This document shows positions 48,461 to 60,100 of a stretch of DNA of 64,000 nucleotides, in pieces. Positions within the stretch are counted from its first letter, which is position 1; each line of letters opens with the position of its first letter. A model generated the notes under the pieces. It had not been told where the DNA came from. It worked only from the letters and a program-made list of their open reading frames with translations, and did not search any database. This DNA is from Squalus acanthias. Its lineage: Eukaryota. The translations under genes were made by a program, and so were the position numbers. Location of the stretch: contig CM059432.1 of the NCBI GenBank assembly GCA_030390025.1, positions 6,510,001 through 6,574,000 of the forward strand, written 5' to 3'.

Positions 48461-48815
48461 AGAACATAAGAAATTGGAGCAGGAGGAGGCTCTACGGGCC
48501 TGCTCCGCCATTCAATAAAATCATGCTTGATCTATCCTCAACTCCACATTCCCGCACTATGCCCATATCCCTTGATTTCCCCAGATTCCAAAAGTCTATC
48601 TATCTCTGTCTTGAATACACTCAACGACTGAGCAGCCACAGCCCTCTGGGGTGGAGAATTCTAAAGATTCACAACCCTCCGAGTGAGGAAATTTCTTCTC
48701 ATCTCAGTCCTAAATGGCTGACCCCTTATTCTGAGACTGTGACCCTTAGTACGAGACTCCCCAGCCAGGTGAAACATTCTCCCAGCATCGAACCTGTCAG
48801 GCCCCTTAAGAATTT
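48461..48815 (-). mobile_element. CR1 3' fragment
   Basis: Minus ORF ..DAGRMFHLAGESRTKGHSLRIRGQPFRTEMRRNF, with a reverse tail. Confidence 0.85.
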
Positions 48816-48819
48816 TAGC

Positions 48820-49530
48820 AGAGGGGATAGATGTAGCATGGTGGAGGGCTTTAGGAAGAGAATTCAAGTGTTGGGCCATGATGGGTGAAGGCTCTGCAAC
48901 TTATGGTCGAGTAGAGAAAAGGGCTGATGCACATGTCCAGATTCAGGAGTGCAGGTTGAGCTTGAGCATGCAGCTATAGGGTGAGGTGAGGCCATGAGTG
49001 ATTTGCAAATAAGGACCAGGATTTCAGTATGTTTGGGGGTTTGGAGGATATTGAGGACTGGATGACGGATGAGCAAGACTTTGTGCAGGGCAAGATGTGA
49101 ATGTCGGAGTTGTCCATGATATAAAGTTTATATAGGAGCTTTTGAGATAGTTGTTGGAAAGGTTAAGCTTGAAGATGGCAAAGGCATGCATGAGTGCTTC
49201 ATTGGTGGATGGGATGAATTAAGTCGGGAAATGGGTGATGTTTCGGAGGTGGAAATGGCCAGTCTTCCACATGTACGATGCTGACACCCAGGTCTACCTT
49301 TCCATCACATCTCTCAAACCCTACACTGCCTCTGTACGGTCAGTGTGCTTGTCAGACATCCAGTTTTGGATGAGCTGCAATTTCTGCAGCAAAATATTGG
49401 GAAGACCGAAGCCATTGTCTCTGGCCGCTCACCACAATTTCCATACCCTTGCCACCAGCTCCATTCTCCTCCTTGGCTACTGTTCAGGCTGAACCAGACT
49501 GTTTGCAACTTTGGCATCCTATTTTGCCCT
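48820..49530. mobile_element. Old L2 fragments in opposite orientations (~48820-49262 minus; ~49263-49530 plus)
   Basis: The plus part reads FHMYDADTQVYLS..CLSDIQFWMS, a decayed FHMYADDTQLY RT motif. The minus part resembles 34085-34686. Confidence 0.6.
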
Positions 49531-50325
49531 GAGATCCCAGCCTTAATTCCTCAAGAGTCCCAACATCTGACCCTGGGTTGGCTGGTAGATCTGGTCTCGT
49601 ACCTGTGCCGACCAGCTGCCAAAATCCATCGAGACCCAGGGCATGGGAACTCCTGATGTCGGGATTTCTCACTCCTAGCCCACACCCCCTCATCACAATG
49701 GCCATAGAAGGGCGGGTAGAGGTTCTGGCTCCGACAAGGACATCCTTGGCTCTTCAGAGCTAGGTTAGGACCTGACTTATCCAGGAATCTGACTTTGTTT
49801 CGAGCTGTTCCGGTGTAGCCTGACCAGAATTACAGCAGGAGTATGCCAGAATGGGCACGGATGTTTGTATCCCAGATCTGTTGCTGCAGAATACCATGTG
49901 TCAGCCATATCCCTGCTGTAACAAAAAGTGTGTTGCGTCTTTAGCCAAAAAGCAGAATGCTTCAATAAACGGTGATGGTTAGTCAATCGAGGATAATGAA
50001 ATCTATCTCTATACATGTCCCAGTATAAAAATGCCCTTTGGCAGCTAACAAAAGGTAGAAGTTTGAGATTAGCTCAATCTGTGTGATTCCTTAGACTGCT
50101 TCCAAGGAAATTGAGAAAATGTTTGTCATTAGTCAAATCCAATTATCTTGGATTGACACAATGGAAAGAGAGATAAACGCAGAGTAAAGTGTATAAAATG
50201 TTAGGCCTGCACAAAGCATTGCAGACTTAACTTCACCTTTTTTATATATTTGTTTTTTTGGACTGGAGGAAGGTATACAGTGGTGTTCCCCAGGGATCGG
50301 TACTCGGACCATTGCTTTTCTTGAT

Positions 50326-53300
50326 AGAAACATAGAAAAATAGGAGCAGGAGTAGGCCATTCGGCCCTGCTCCGCCATTCAGTGTGATCATGGCTGATCC
50401 TCTATCTCAATACCATATTCCCGCTCTCTCCCCATACCCCATGATGCCTTTTCTGTCTAGAAATCTATCTATCTCCTTAAATATATTCAGTGACTTGGCC
50501 TCCACAGCCTTCTGTGGTAGAGAATTCCACAGATTTACCACCCTCTGAGTGAAGACATTTCTCCTCATCTCAGTCCTAAATGTCCTACCCCGTATCCTGA
50601 GACTGTGACCCCTCGTTCTAGACCCCCCCAGCCACGGGAAACATGCCAGTATATTACCCCCAATCCCATGTGCTTTAATTTTGCACACTAACCTCTTATG
50701 TGGGACTTTATCAAAGGCCTTCTGAAAATCCAAATACACCACATCCACTGGTTCTCCATTATCTATTCTACCAGTTACATCCTCAAAAAACTCCAGTAGG
50801 TTTGTCAAACACGATTTCCCTTTCATAAATCCATGTTGACTTTGTCTAATCCCGTTGATATTTTCTAAGTGTCCTGTTATCACATCCTTTATAATAGACT
50901 CTAGCATTTTCCTTGCTACTGATGTTAGCCTAACCGGCCTGTTGTTCCCTGTTTTCTCCCTCCCTCCTTTTTTAAATAGTGGGGTTACATTTGCCACTCT
51001 CCAATCTGCAGGAACTGTTCCAAAATTTTATAGATTATGGAAGATGACAACCAATGCATCCACTATTTCCATGGCTACCTCTTTTAGTACTCTGGGATGC
51101 AGATTATCAGGCCCTGGGGAATTATCAGCTTTCAGTCCCATTAATTTCTCCAGCACTTTTTTTACTAATACTAATTTCCTTTAATTCCTCCTTCTCACTT
51201 GACCCTTGGTTCCCTAGCATTTCTGGGAAGTTATTTGTGTCCTCTTCCGTGAAGACAGAACCAAAGTATTGTTTAATTGCTCAGCCATTTCCTTGTTCCC
51301 CATTATAAATTCTCCCATTTCTGACTGTAAGGGACCTACATTTGTCTTCACTAATCTTTTTCTTTTTACATACTTGTAGAAGCTTTTACAATCTGCTTTT
51401 ATGTTCCTTGCAAGCTTACACTCATACTCTATTTTTCCCCTCTTAATCAATCTCTTGGTCCTTTTTTCCTGAACTCTAAACTGCTCCCAATCCTCAGGCT
51501 TGCTACTTTTTCTGGCAACTTTATATGACTCCTCTTTGGATCTAATACTATCCTTAATTTCTTTTGTTAGCCATGGTTGGGCCGCTTTTCCTTTTGTGTT
51601 TTTGCGCCAGAAAGGAATTTATAACTGTTGCAATTCATGCATTCATTCCTTAAATGTTAGCCATTGCCTATCCATGTCTTTTAATGAAGCTCCCCAATCT
51701 ATCCTAGCCATCTCACTCCTCATACCTTCATAGTTTCCTTTGTTTAGATTTAGGACCCAAGTTTCAGATTGGACTTCTTCACTTTCCATCTTAATGAAGA
51801 ATTCTATCATGTTATGGTCACTCTTCCCTGAAGGACCCCACACAACAAGATTATTAATTAACCCATTCTCATTGCACGATACCCAATCTAGGATAGCCTG
51901 TTCCCTAGTTGGCTCCTCAATGTACTGGTCTAAAAAACCATCTTGTACACACTCCAGGAATTCATCCTCCACAGTATTATTGCTAATTTGGTTTGGCCAG
52001 TCTATTTGTAGATTAACGTCACCCATGATTACTGTAGCACCCTTGTTACATGCATCTCTAATTTCCTGTTTGATGCCATCCCCTATATTACCACTACTGT
52101 TTGGAGGCCTATAGACAACTCCCACCAGTGTTTTCTGCCTCTTGGTGCTTCTTAGCTCCACCCAGACTAATTCTACATCTTGATTTTTCTGCACCAATAT
52201 CCTTTCTCATTTGCTCTGATTTCATCCTTTACTAACAACGCCACCCCACCTCCTTTTCCTTTTCGCCTGTCCTTCCTAAATAGCGAATATCCTTGGATAT
52301 TCAACTCCCAGCCTTGGTCACCCTGCAGCCATGTCTCTGTAATCGCAATTATATCGTATCCGTTTACATCTATTTGTGCTGTTAATTCGTCTATCTTATT
52401 ACGAATGCTTCGTGCATTCAGATACAGTGCCTTTAGATTTGTCTTTTTAACATTTTTAGACATCTTAACATTTTTTTGTACTATGGCCCTATTTGTCTTA
52501 TTACCATTTTTTCTTACCTGGACCCTATTTGTTAGTGCACTCCTTTGTTTGTACGCTCTGTCCCTTCCTGACACAATCTGGTTATCCTTACCCCAATCAC
52601 TTTGCTGCACTGCTTCCTTGTCTTTTCTCTTTAGCATTCTAGATTTCTCTCCACCGGGACCCTCCCCCCCCCCTTTATTTAGTTTAAAGCCCTATCTACT
52701 TCCATAGTTATTCGATTCGCTAGAACTCTGGTCCCAGCATGGTTCAGGCGTAGTCCATCCCAACGGAACAGCTCTCTCTTTTCCCCCAGTACTGGCGCCA
52801 GTGCCGCACGAATCGAAACCCACTTCTCCCACACCAATCTTTGAGCCACACAATCATCTCCCTGATCCTATTGACCCTATGCCAATTTGCTCGTGGCTCC
52901 GGTAATAATCCAGAGATTATGACCTTTGTGGTTCCGCTTTTTAATTTAGTCCCTAGCTGCTCAAACTCTCTCAGCAGAACCTCTTTCTTTGTCCTACCTA
53001 TGTCGTTGGTACCTACATGGACCACGACAACTGGATCCTCCCCCTCCCACTCCAAGTTCTTCTCCAGCCGGAGGAGATGTCCTTTACCCTGGCACCGGGT
53101 AGGCAACATAGCCTTCGGGACTCACGCTCCTGGCTGCAGAGAACAGTGTCTATCCTCCTAACTATAATGTCACCTACTACAACCACCTTCCTTTTTACTC
53201 CCCCCACTTGAACGGCTTCCTGTACCACGGTGCCGTGGTCAGTTTGCTCGTCCTTCCCGCAGTCCCTGCACTGGTCCACAAGGTTGGCAAGAACCTCGAA

Positions 53301-54160
53301 TTTATTGGACAAGTGCAGGGACTGAGGCTCCTGCAATACTACCTCCTGGATCCCTGTACCTGCCTCACTCGCAGTCACACCCTCCTGTCCCTGACCACAT
53401 GTCAATTCTAAAGTATTTAATCTAAGGGGTGTGGCTGCCTCCTGGAGCAAAAGGTCCAGGTAACTTTCTCCCTCCCTGAGGTCTCGCAGTGTCTGTAGCT
53501 TGGACTCCAGCTCCTCAACTCGGAGCCGAAGTTCCTCGAGCCTCAGACACTTTCTCAGATGTAGTCGCCCTGGACAAAAATGTCCACAAGCTCCCACATA
53601 TTGCAGCAGCAACACATCTCCTGTTCTCCCATTATTTTATTTGTTTAATTAATTAGTTTCGTATTAATCAAATTATTTACCTCGTTTAGTTTATTATTAA
53701 TTAAATTAATTTTAGTTTTTAAAATTTATTTATATCTTCTATGTTAATTTAAAACTTAGCCCACAGTCACTACCAATCACTGACCTGCCTTACCTGTAAC
53801 GTCACACTGCCGTTTTCTCTTGTTGATGCAGGTCTGTTGCTGCTTTTATCCCCACTCTTGGGCCTCGGTCTGCTCCCGCTCAGGTCTGCCACCGCTCTGT
53901 GGGAGGAGTTAGGAAAAGCAAGCACCTCCTTCCCCCACTTCACCGAACTCCCACACTTACCAAACTCCCAGTTGTTCACTCTCTGCTGGCTGCACTCACA
54001 GGCAGTATTTATACTGTTTGTGACTCAGATGAGTCACCACTGCTCTGCTACTGTTTCAGGAACCAGTTTAATCCAGTTGGCTAATTAACTAACGACAGTA
54101 GCTCTCCAGCTGGAGATCTTGCTTGTTTGTCTCTGCTTAAGCCTGAAGAAACTTAAAAAT
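50326..54160 (-). mobile_element. Near full-length CR1 with the RT core deleted (junction near 50640)
   Basis: ORF1 has VVVGDIIVR, CCLPGARVKD and VHVGTNDIG. ORF2 has YLNARSIRNK, ITETWL, YRPPNS, SDH and GKSCLTNL. Tail at 50326. Confidence 0.9.
54006..54037 (-). promoter_or_regulatory. Candidate Pol II promoter in the CR1 5' end: paired AP-1 sites plus a TATA box
   Basis: gtgactca-ga-tgagtcac (54020-54037) holds two TGA(C/G)TCA sites, 7 nt upstream of minus-strand TATAAATA (54013-54006). Confidence 0.5.
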
Positions 54161-55129
54161 AAATATATTAATGATTTGGGTGTACAGGGCACTATTTCAA
54201 AATTTGCAGATGACACAAAACTTGGAAGTATAGTGAACAGTGAGGAGGAGAGTGATAGACTTCAAGAGGACATAGACAGGCTGGTGGAATGGGTGGACAC
54301 GTGGCAGATGAAGATTAACGCAGAAAAGTGCAAAGTAATTCATTTTGGTAGGAAGAACGAGGAGAGGCAATGCAAACTAAAGGATACAATTCTAAAGGGG
54401 GTGCATGAACAGAGAGACCTGGGGGTATATGTGCACAAATCGTTGAAGGTGGCAGGGCAGGTTGAGAAAGCGGTTGAAAAAGCATACGGGATCCTGGGCT
54501 TCATAAATAGAGGCATAGAGTACAAAAGCAAGGAAGTTATGATGAACCTGTATAAAACACTGGTTCGGCCTCAACTGGAGTATTGTGTCCAATTCTGGGC
54601 ACCTGCACTTTAGGAAGGATGTGAAGGCCTTAGCGAGGGTGCAGAAAAGATTTACAAGAATGGTTGCAGGGATGAGGGACATCAGTTATGTGGATAGACT
54701 GGAGAAATTGGGGTTGCTCTCCTTAGAGCAGAGAAGGTTGAGAGGAGATTTGATAGAGGTGTTCAAAATCATGAGGGGTCTAGACAGAGTAGATAGATTG
54801 AAACTGTTCCCATTGGCGGAAGAGTCGTGAACCAGAGGACACTGATTTTAGGTGATTGGCAGAAGAACCAAAGGCGACATGAGGAAAAACTCTTTTACGC
54901 AGTGAGTGGTTATGATCTGGAATGCACTGCCTGAGAGGGTGGTGGAGGCAGACTCAATCGTGACTTTCAAAAGGGAATTACATAAGTACCTGAAAGAAAA
55001 AAAATTGCGGGGCTACGGAGAAAGGGCAGGGGAGTGGGACTTGCTGAAGTGCTCTTGCAGAGAGCCTGCATGGGCTTGACGGGCCGAATGGCCCCCTACT
55101 GTGCTGTACCGATTCTATGATTGTTTCCG

Positions 55130-55900
55130 GCATGTGGGTGGGGCTGGCAATGCCACATTGATTGCCCATCCCTAGTTACTCTGAGAAGTTAGTGGTAGGC
55201 TACCCTCTTGAACTGCTGCAGTCTTTCTGGTGATGGTGTTCCCACAATGATGTTCATCAGGGAATTTCAAAAGTTAGACCCAGTGGCAATAAAGGAATAG
55301 TGATATGTGTCAAAGTCAGGATGGCGTGTCACTTGGAGGTTATGGTATTCCCATGATTTTGCTTCTCTTGTCTTCTTGGTGGTAGAGGTTGTGGGGCTGG
55401 GAGGTGATGTCAAAGTAAGCTTGGTGAGTTGATGCACTGTATCTTGTAGATAGTACATACTGCAGCCACAGTGTGCCAGTGGTGGACAGGTTTGATATTG
55501 AGTCTAGGGGCATGAAGAATGGTCAAGTGGTACTCTGTGCTGAATAATGTTGAGTTTTTTGAGCATGTTGTGGCTACATCAATCCAGATGTGTGTCGAGT
55601 ATTCCATTAGACTCCTGACTTGTGCGTCTGATGTTGGAGAGACTTGGAAGGGGCGGGAGGTGAGACACTTGTCAGAGTAACCACCCTCTGCTCTTCTTGC
55701 CATGGTGTTGATATGATTGGTTTAGTTGAGCTGCTGGTCAGTGGTGTTGCCTAAGATGTTGATATTGGGGAAGATGATGATAGTGGTGCCACTGAAGGTC
55801 AAGGGGGAGGTAATTGGGTTTTTCTTTCTCTTGGAGATGGTCATTGCCTGGCACTTGTGTGGCACAAATGTTTCCTGCCACTTGTCAGCCCAAGCCTGAT
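55130..55900 (-). mobile_element. 3' part of the second CR1-group LINE family (same family as 18484-21125), older copy
   Basis: QAWADKWQETFVPHKCQAMTIS..NILGNTTDQQLN and AQVRSLMEYS. Confidence 0.8.
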
Positions 55901-55984
55901 GACTATTACCACTAGATAATAATAATAGTAAATGTCTGTCTTTAAGCAATGTAAATATATACTACAAATTTATATACTAAAAAG

Positions 55985-56366
55985 ACTTGTTTGAGGTCTT
56001 TAAAAGTAGGAAGGGGTTCGATAAGGTAGACGTAGAGAAGATGTTTCCACTTGTGGGGGAGACCAAAACTAGGGGTCATAAATATAAGATAGTCACTAAT
56101 AAATCCAATAGACAATTCAATAGAAACTTCTTTACCCAGAGAGTGATGAGAATGTGAAACTCACTACCAAATGGAGTGGTTGAGGTGAACAGCATAGTTG
56201 CGTTTATGGGGGAGCTAGATAAGTACATGAGGGAGAAAGGAATAGAAGGGTATGTTGATAGGGTGAAATTAAGTAAGGTGGGAGGGGAGCATAAACACCG
56301 GCATCGATGTGTTGGGTCGAATGGCCTGTTTCTGCGCTGTAAAATTCTATGTAATTCTGTTCTATG
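55985..56366 (+). mobile_element. CR1 3' fragment ending ~40 nt upstream of a VPS13B acceptor
   Basis: TKTRGHKYKI..RNFFTQRV..AFMGELDKYM followed by a CR1 tail (ttctatgt). Confidence 0.85.
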
Positions 56367-56405
56367 TCAGTGTGCACCTTTTTGATTTCCATTTCTTTTC
56401 AACAG

Positions 56406-56590
56406 GATGAAACGACCATTTGTCCCAACAACAGAATGCATATTTGAATTACCCAGTCTGACTCTACAAGCTACGAGGGCCCAGACCCTGCTGCTGCAAG
56501 CCATTTTGCAGAGCTGGACGCACAATACAGGAGCATCAGTATCATTAGCAGTAGATGAAGCTCTACTAAAGGACATTTTCAGACCTTCAG
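56406..56590 (+). CDS. VPS13B: VPS13B internal coding exon (185 nt)
   Basis: Acceptor ttcttttcaacag ends at 56405 and donor G|gtatga starts at 56591; phase 2-1. (W)MKRPFVPTTECIFELPSLTLQATRAQTLLLQAILQSWTH..AVDEALLKDIF matches recalled VPS13B (IFELPNLTIQATRAQTLLLQAIYQSWSH), apparently with one extra codon. Confidence 0.96.
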
Positions 56591-58087
56591 GTATGATAGT
56601 GAAGTGATGTTCTGAATAACTGTAACTTTGTCGCAATTGTAGCGCAAAACTAATCCGAGGGTATGTGGTTTAATAGCCTTTTAATAATGGTCACTTGCCA
56701 GCCAGTTACTGATGATTTGAATGCTGCTCCTTTCAAAATCACATGCCGCGATTATGATGAATTTCATGTTCTTTGGACAGCCACTGTGATGTGGGTTTAT
56801 TTCAGACCTTGGATAGGAAAAAATGACTTTGTTGAGGTTGGCTCCTGCTTCACAATCACAGAGAAACTTGATGATGACAATGTAGAACTCTCTCTGATCT
56901 GGAATGCTCCTGACCTCCATGTTGTAGAAGGTTGCATGACGAGCCCAAGGTTCTTTGGGTGAGAATAGAAGAGTGAGGATAGATTAGTGGGATTGTGATT
57001 CTTCAATTTTTTTGGTGTTAAGGCTTTGGAGTCTATTAATCCCTTCATACAAATAATTTTTCAAAAACAACCATTTTTTTTCTTTTGCGAAGTGTGCCAC
57101 TTTTCTGTTAAATACTACAACTGCTGTGAATTTATACGATGTTGATGTAGGACACCTCAGTTCTGGGAATAATAAATTCTAGCTTGGAAAAACAAAATGA
57201 CTTACCGAACAGTAGCTTTTCTCCAACAAGGATGCCTGGTGGTTTTCCCTGAAAAGTCAGTACTTTCTGACTCTTCAGAAACATGGCATTGTTTTAATTC
57301 TGTGAGTCATAATTAAAACAGTCCTGGAGAGATAAAAGTCACATTAATATGGGGAGCATATTGCTCAGGAATGAACTTGTATATCAGAAAGTATCGTTCT
57401 TGAATTTTAGGTCCTTCCATTTGTTGACGCCCTCCAGGACATGTGACGAGATTTGCAACTCGCATTTTTAAGAGTATTGCCCCACAGTCACATGCGCTGT
57501 CTTCAGAGCTGTTCTCAACAGTGCCTGGCACACTATGCTCGCCAAAAATTACAATAACTTTCAAGCTGCAACGGCAGAAAATCTCTGATGTTTTTTGAAG
57601 CGACTCCAAATGCAAGCAAGTGCAAGAAGACAAATATTTTCGAACACTGTAATTCATTGGAAAGTGTAACTGTAGTGTTCCATATGCTGGTTTATTTTTA
57701 AATTGTCGAAACAATAGGAATGTAATGAGAAATGATTGAAGCGAGCATTTTAAATCTCATTAGTAATCACGGCCTCAAAGGAAACCGAGTTATGATGAAT
57801 TTAGATCGGCCATCGATAGGTTTTCAGGTTGAGCAGCGCAAGTCATTCCGCAAGCAGTCCGAGCACCTTCATGGGAATTGACTCTCACTGCCCTATACCT
57901 GTACGATAGTGTAACTGGTGTGTAACATTACAAACCCCTCTGTGAACTGAACTAGATATCTTTTTATCTTTTGCACATATATTTCTTCAGTCTCTCTGAA
58001 GTCTCTCTGAAGGTGAACTGAGTTTCTATTGAATGAATATGCTGTACAAAAGTATTTAAAGCTTTGGCCGTGACACGTGGAACATGG

Positions 58088-58452
58088 CTTCAGTGCAGTG
58101 CTGAAGGAGTGCTGCACTGTCGGAGGTGCCGTCTTTCGGATGAGACGTTAAACCGAGGCCCCGTCTGCGCTCTCAGGTGGACGTAAATGATCCCATGGCA
58201 CTATTTCGAAGAAGAGGAGGGGAGTTATTCCCGGTGTCCTGGGGCCAATATTTATCCCTCAATCAACATAACAAAAACAGTTTATCTGGTCATTATCACA
58301 TTGCTGTTTGTGGGAGCTTGCTGCGTGCAAATTGGCTGCCGTGTTTCCCACATTACAACAGTGACTACACTCCAAAAGTACTTCATTGGCTGTAAAGTGC
58401 TTTGAGATGTCTGGTGGTCATGAAAGGCGCTATAGAAATGCAAGTCTTTCTT
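58088..58452 (+). mobile_element. DeuSINE, 5'-truncated
   Basis: Deu domain and L2-type tail. Confidence 0.88.
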
Positions 58453-59569
58453 ATTGCTCTTTTGACTGGTGCACATTTTAACGAGCAAGTTATTTATGGA
58501 TACTGGCATTTATTTTGTTGGCCATTGAAGCCTTGGAGTTATCGACCATTGACCCAAATCCATGCTTAAATGAGCCATCATTCAGAAGCTGGTGCATGTG
58601 CTGTAATCATAATGATTGAGTTTTAAATTAAACTGGTGTCTGGTCTGCTTGAAATGAGCTTTGAATCCGTGCCAAAAAGAAAATGTTCATGTGAGTAATA
58701 ATCATTTACTTTGTGTTCAGATACAGCAGCACAGTATGTTGGATCTAACCTGAAGATATTGCAGGAAATGTTTTTATGCAGTGTATTCATGTTGTACAGT
58801 TCGGGCAAACATGATGTCAAGTGTATTTGCATGACCTAATATTTTCTTTGGAAATTTCTCAAATCTAATTTATAGAAAATTCAGCCTGGTGCTAATGGAT
58901 ATAAGTAGGTGTATTTAAATATGGCTAAAAATGTAGTTTAGTTAACAATGTCTGTTTTTCAGTAAATATTACCACTGCAATATTAGTGACAAATTCTTTG
59001 CTCTTGTGCCGTGTGTCATCTTATGTGTGCTTTGTATGAACATAAGCTACTGTGGCTACTTAGAACAGAATTTTGAAAATGAGGATCAGCATAAATTTCC
59101 AGTAGCATATTTTGATGCATCGGATTTCATTTTTATAAGTTATATGTATAGTTACATCGATGTAGCTCGATGTAATGTGCATATACACCTGGTTTTATTT
59201 TATTGCTTTGTTTTGTGAAACGAACCTCCTATTCTTTCAAAGATGACTAAGAGTTCTGCAGTACATAATGAGCCTTTTCAGAATTTGCCAAAAAGACATT
59301 TCGTACCGTTTAATTGGAGCGTATTGGCAGGTTTGGCAGGTGCTCAAAGTCTTTTTTTATTATTTCATTAGCTTGCAGCAGCAGGCATTTTTGCTCGAAG
59401 CCACATGTCTTCAATTTGCCGTTTATTAGAATATTGGTTGAGAGGTGCCATTGAGTGAATTACAGGTGCGAATGCCTCCTGTTTAATTTGGAAATAATTG
59501 GGGAAACAGGTCTGCCATCAGTCACACCTCGGAGGGGGAGGAAAAAAATGACATAGAGAAGTGCTACTG

Positions 59570-60100
59570 GGTGCAAGCAGAAAACTTGTGTATTTGCCTG
59601 CCTCAAGCCTATCTGCCATTGAAATCCTCATCCGTGCATTTGCCACTCCAAGTTTGACTATTCCAATACTCATGAGTGGCTTTCCATCCTCCACCCTGCA
59701 CAAACCTCAGCTCCTCTAAAACTCTGCTGCTTGCAATCTATCCAGCTCGCCTATCGCCCTTGTCCTTGCTGACCTACATTTGCTTCTGGTCCCCCAACTC
59801 CTTAAATGTAAAATTCTCATTGTGTTTAAATCCCTTTATGGCCTTGCCTCTTCCTATCTCTGTGCCTCCAGCTCCACAAACCCCCCGAACACTCTTTTCC
59901 TCTGTCTCTGGCCTCTTGTGCACCTGCTCCCCCTTTGCCCCATCATTGGCGGCTGTGCCTTCAACTGCTTAGGCATCATGCCCTGAAACTCCCTCCCTAA
60001 ATCCCTTCGCCTCTCCATCTCCTACTGTAAGATCCTTCTTAAGATCCACCTTTTTGACCAAGCCCTCCTAATATCTCCTCCTTTGATTTGGTGTCATTTT
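59570..60100 (+). mobile_element. L2 3' fragment
   Basis: KCKILIVFKSLYGLASSYL..IGGCAFNCLG, the L2 ORF C-terminus. Confidence 0.75.

Larger units (their letters stand above)
50261..55121 (+). mobile_element. Host CR1 RT-to-3' end (50261-50325 plus 54161-55121) split by a near full-length antisense CR1
   Basis: SGVPQGSVLGPLLFLI joins YINDL..ISKFADDTKLG across the insert. Tail near 55120. Confidence 0.85.
14247..56405 (+). other. VPS13B: 42.2-kb phase-2 GT-AG intron of VPS13B
   Basis: TG|gtgagt ... ttcttttcaacag|G completes the Trp codon, and the protein is contiguous with the next exon. Confidence 0.9.

Noticed and set aside
56700..56915. Possible C/D-box snoRNA (several TGATGA and CTGA motifs) or extra coding exon (ORF 56663-56962)
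   Set aside because: There is no convincing terminal stem or box spacing, and the translation does not resemble the next VPS13B segment.
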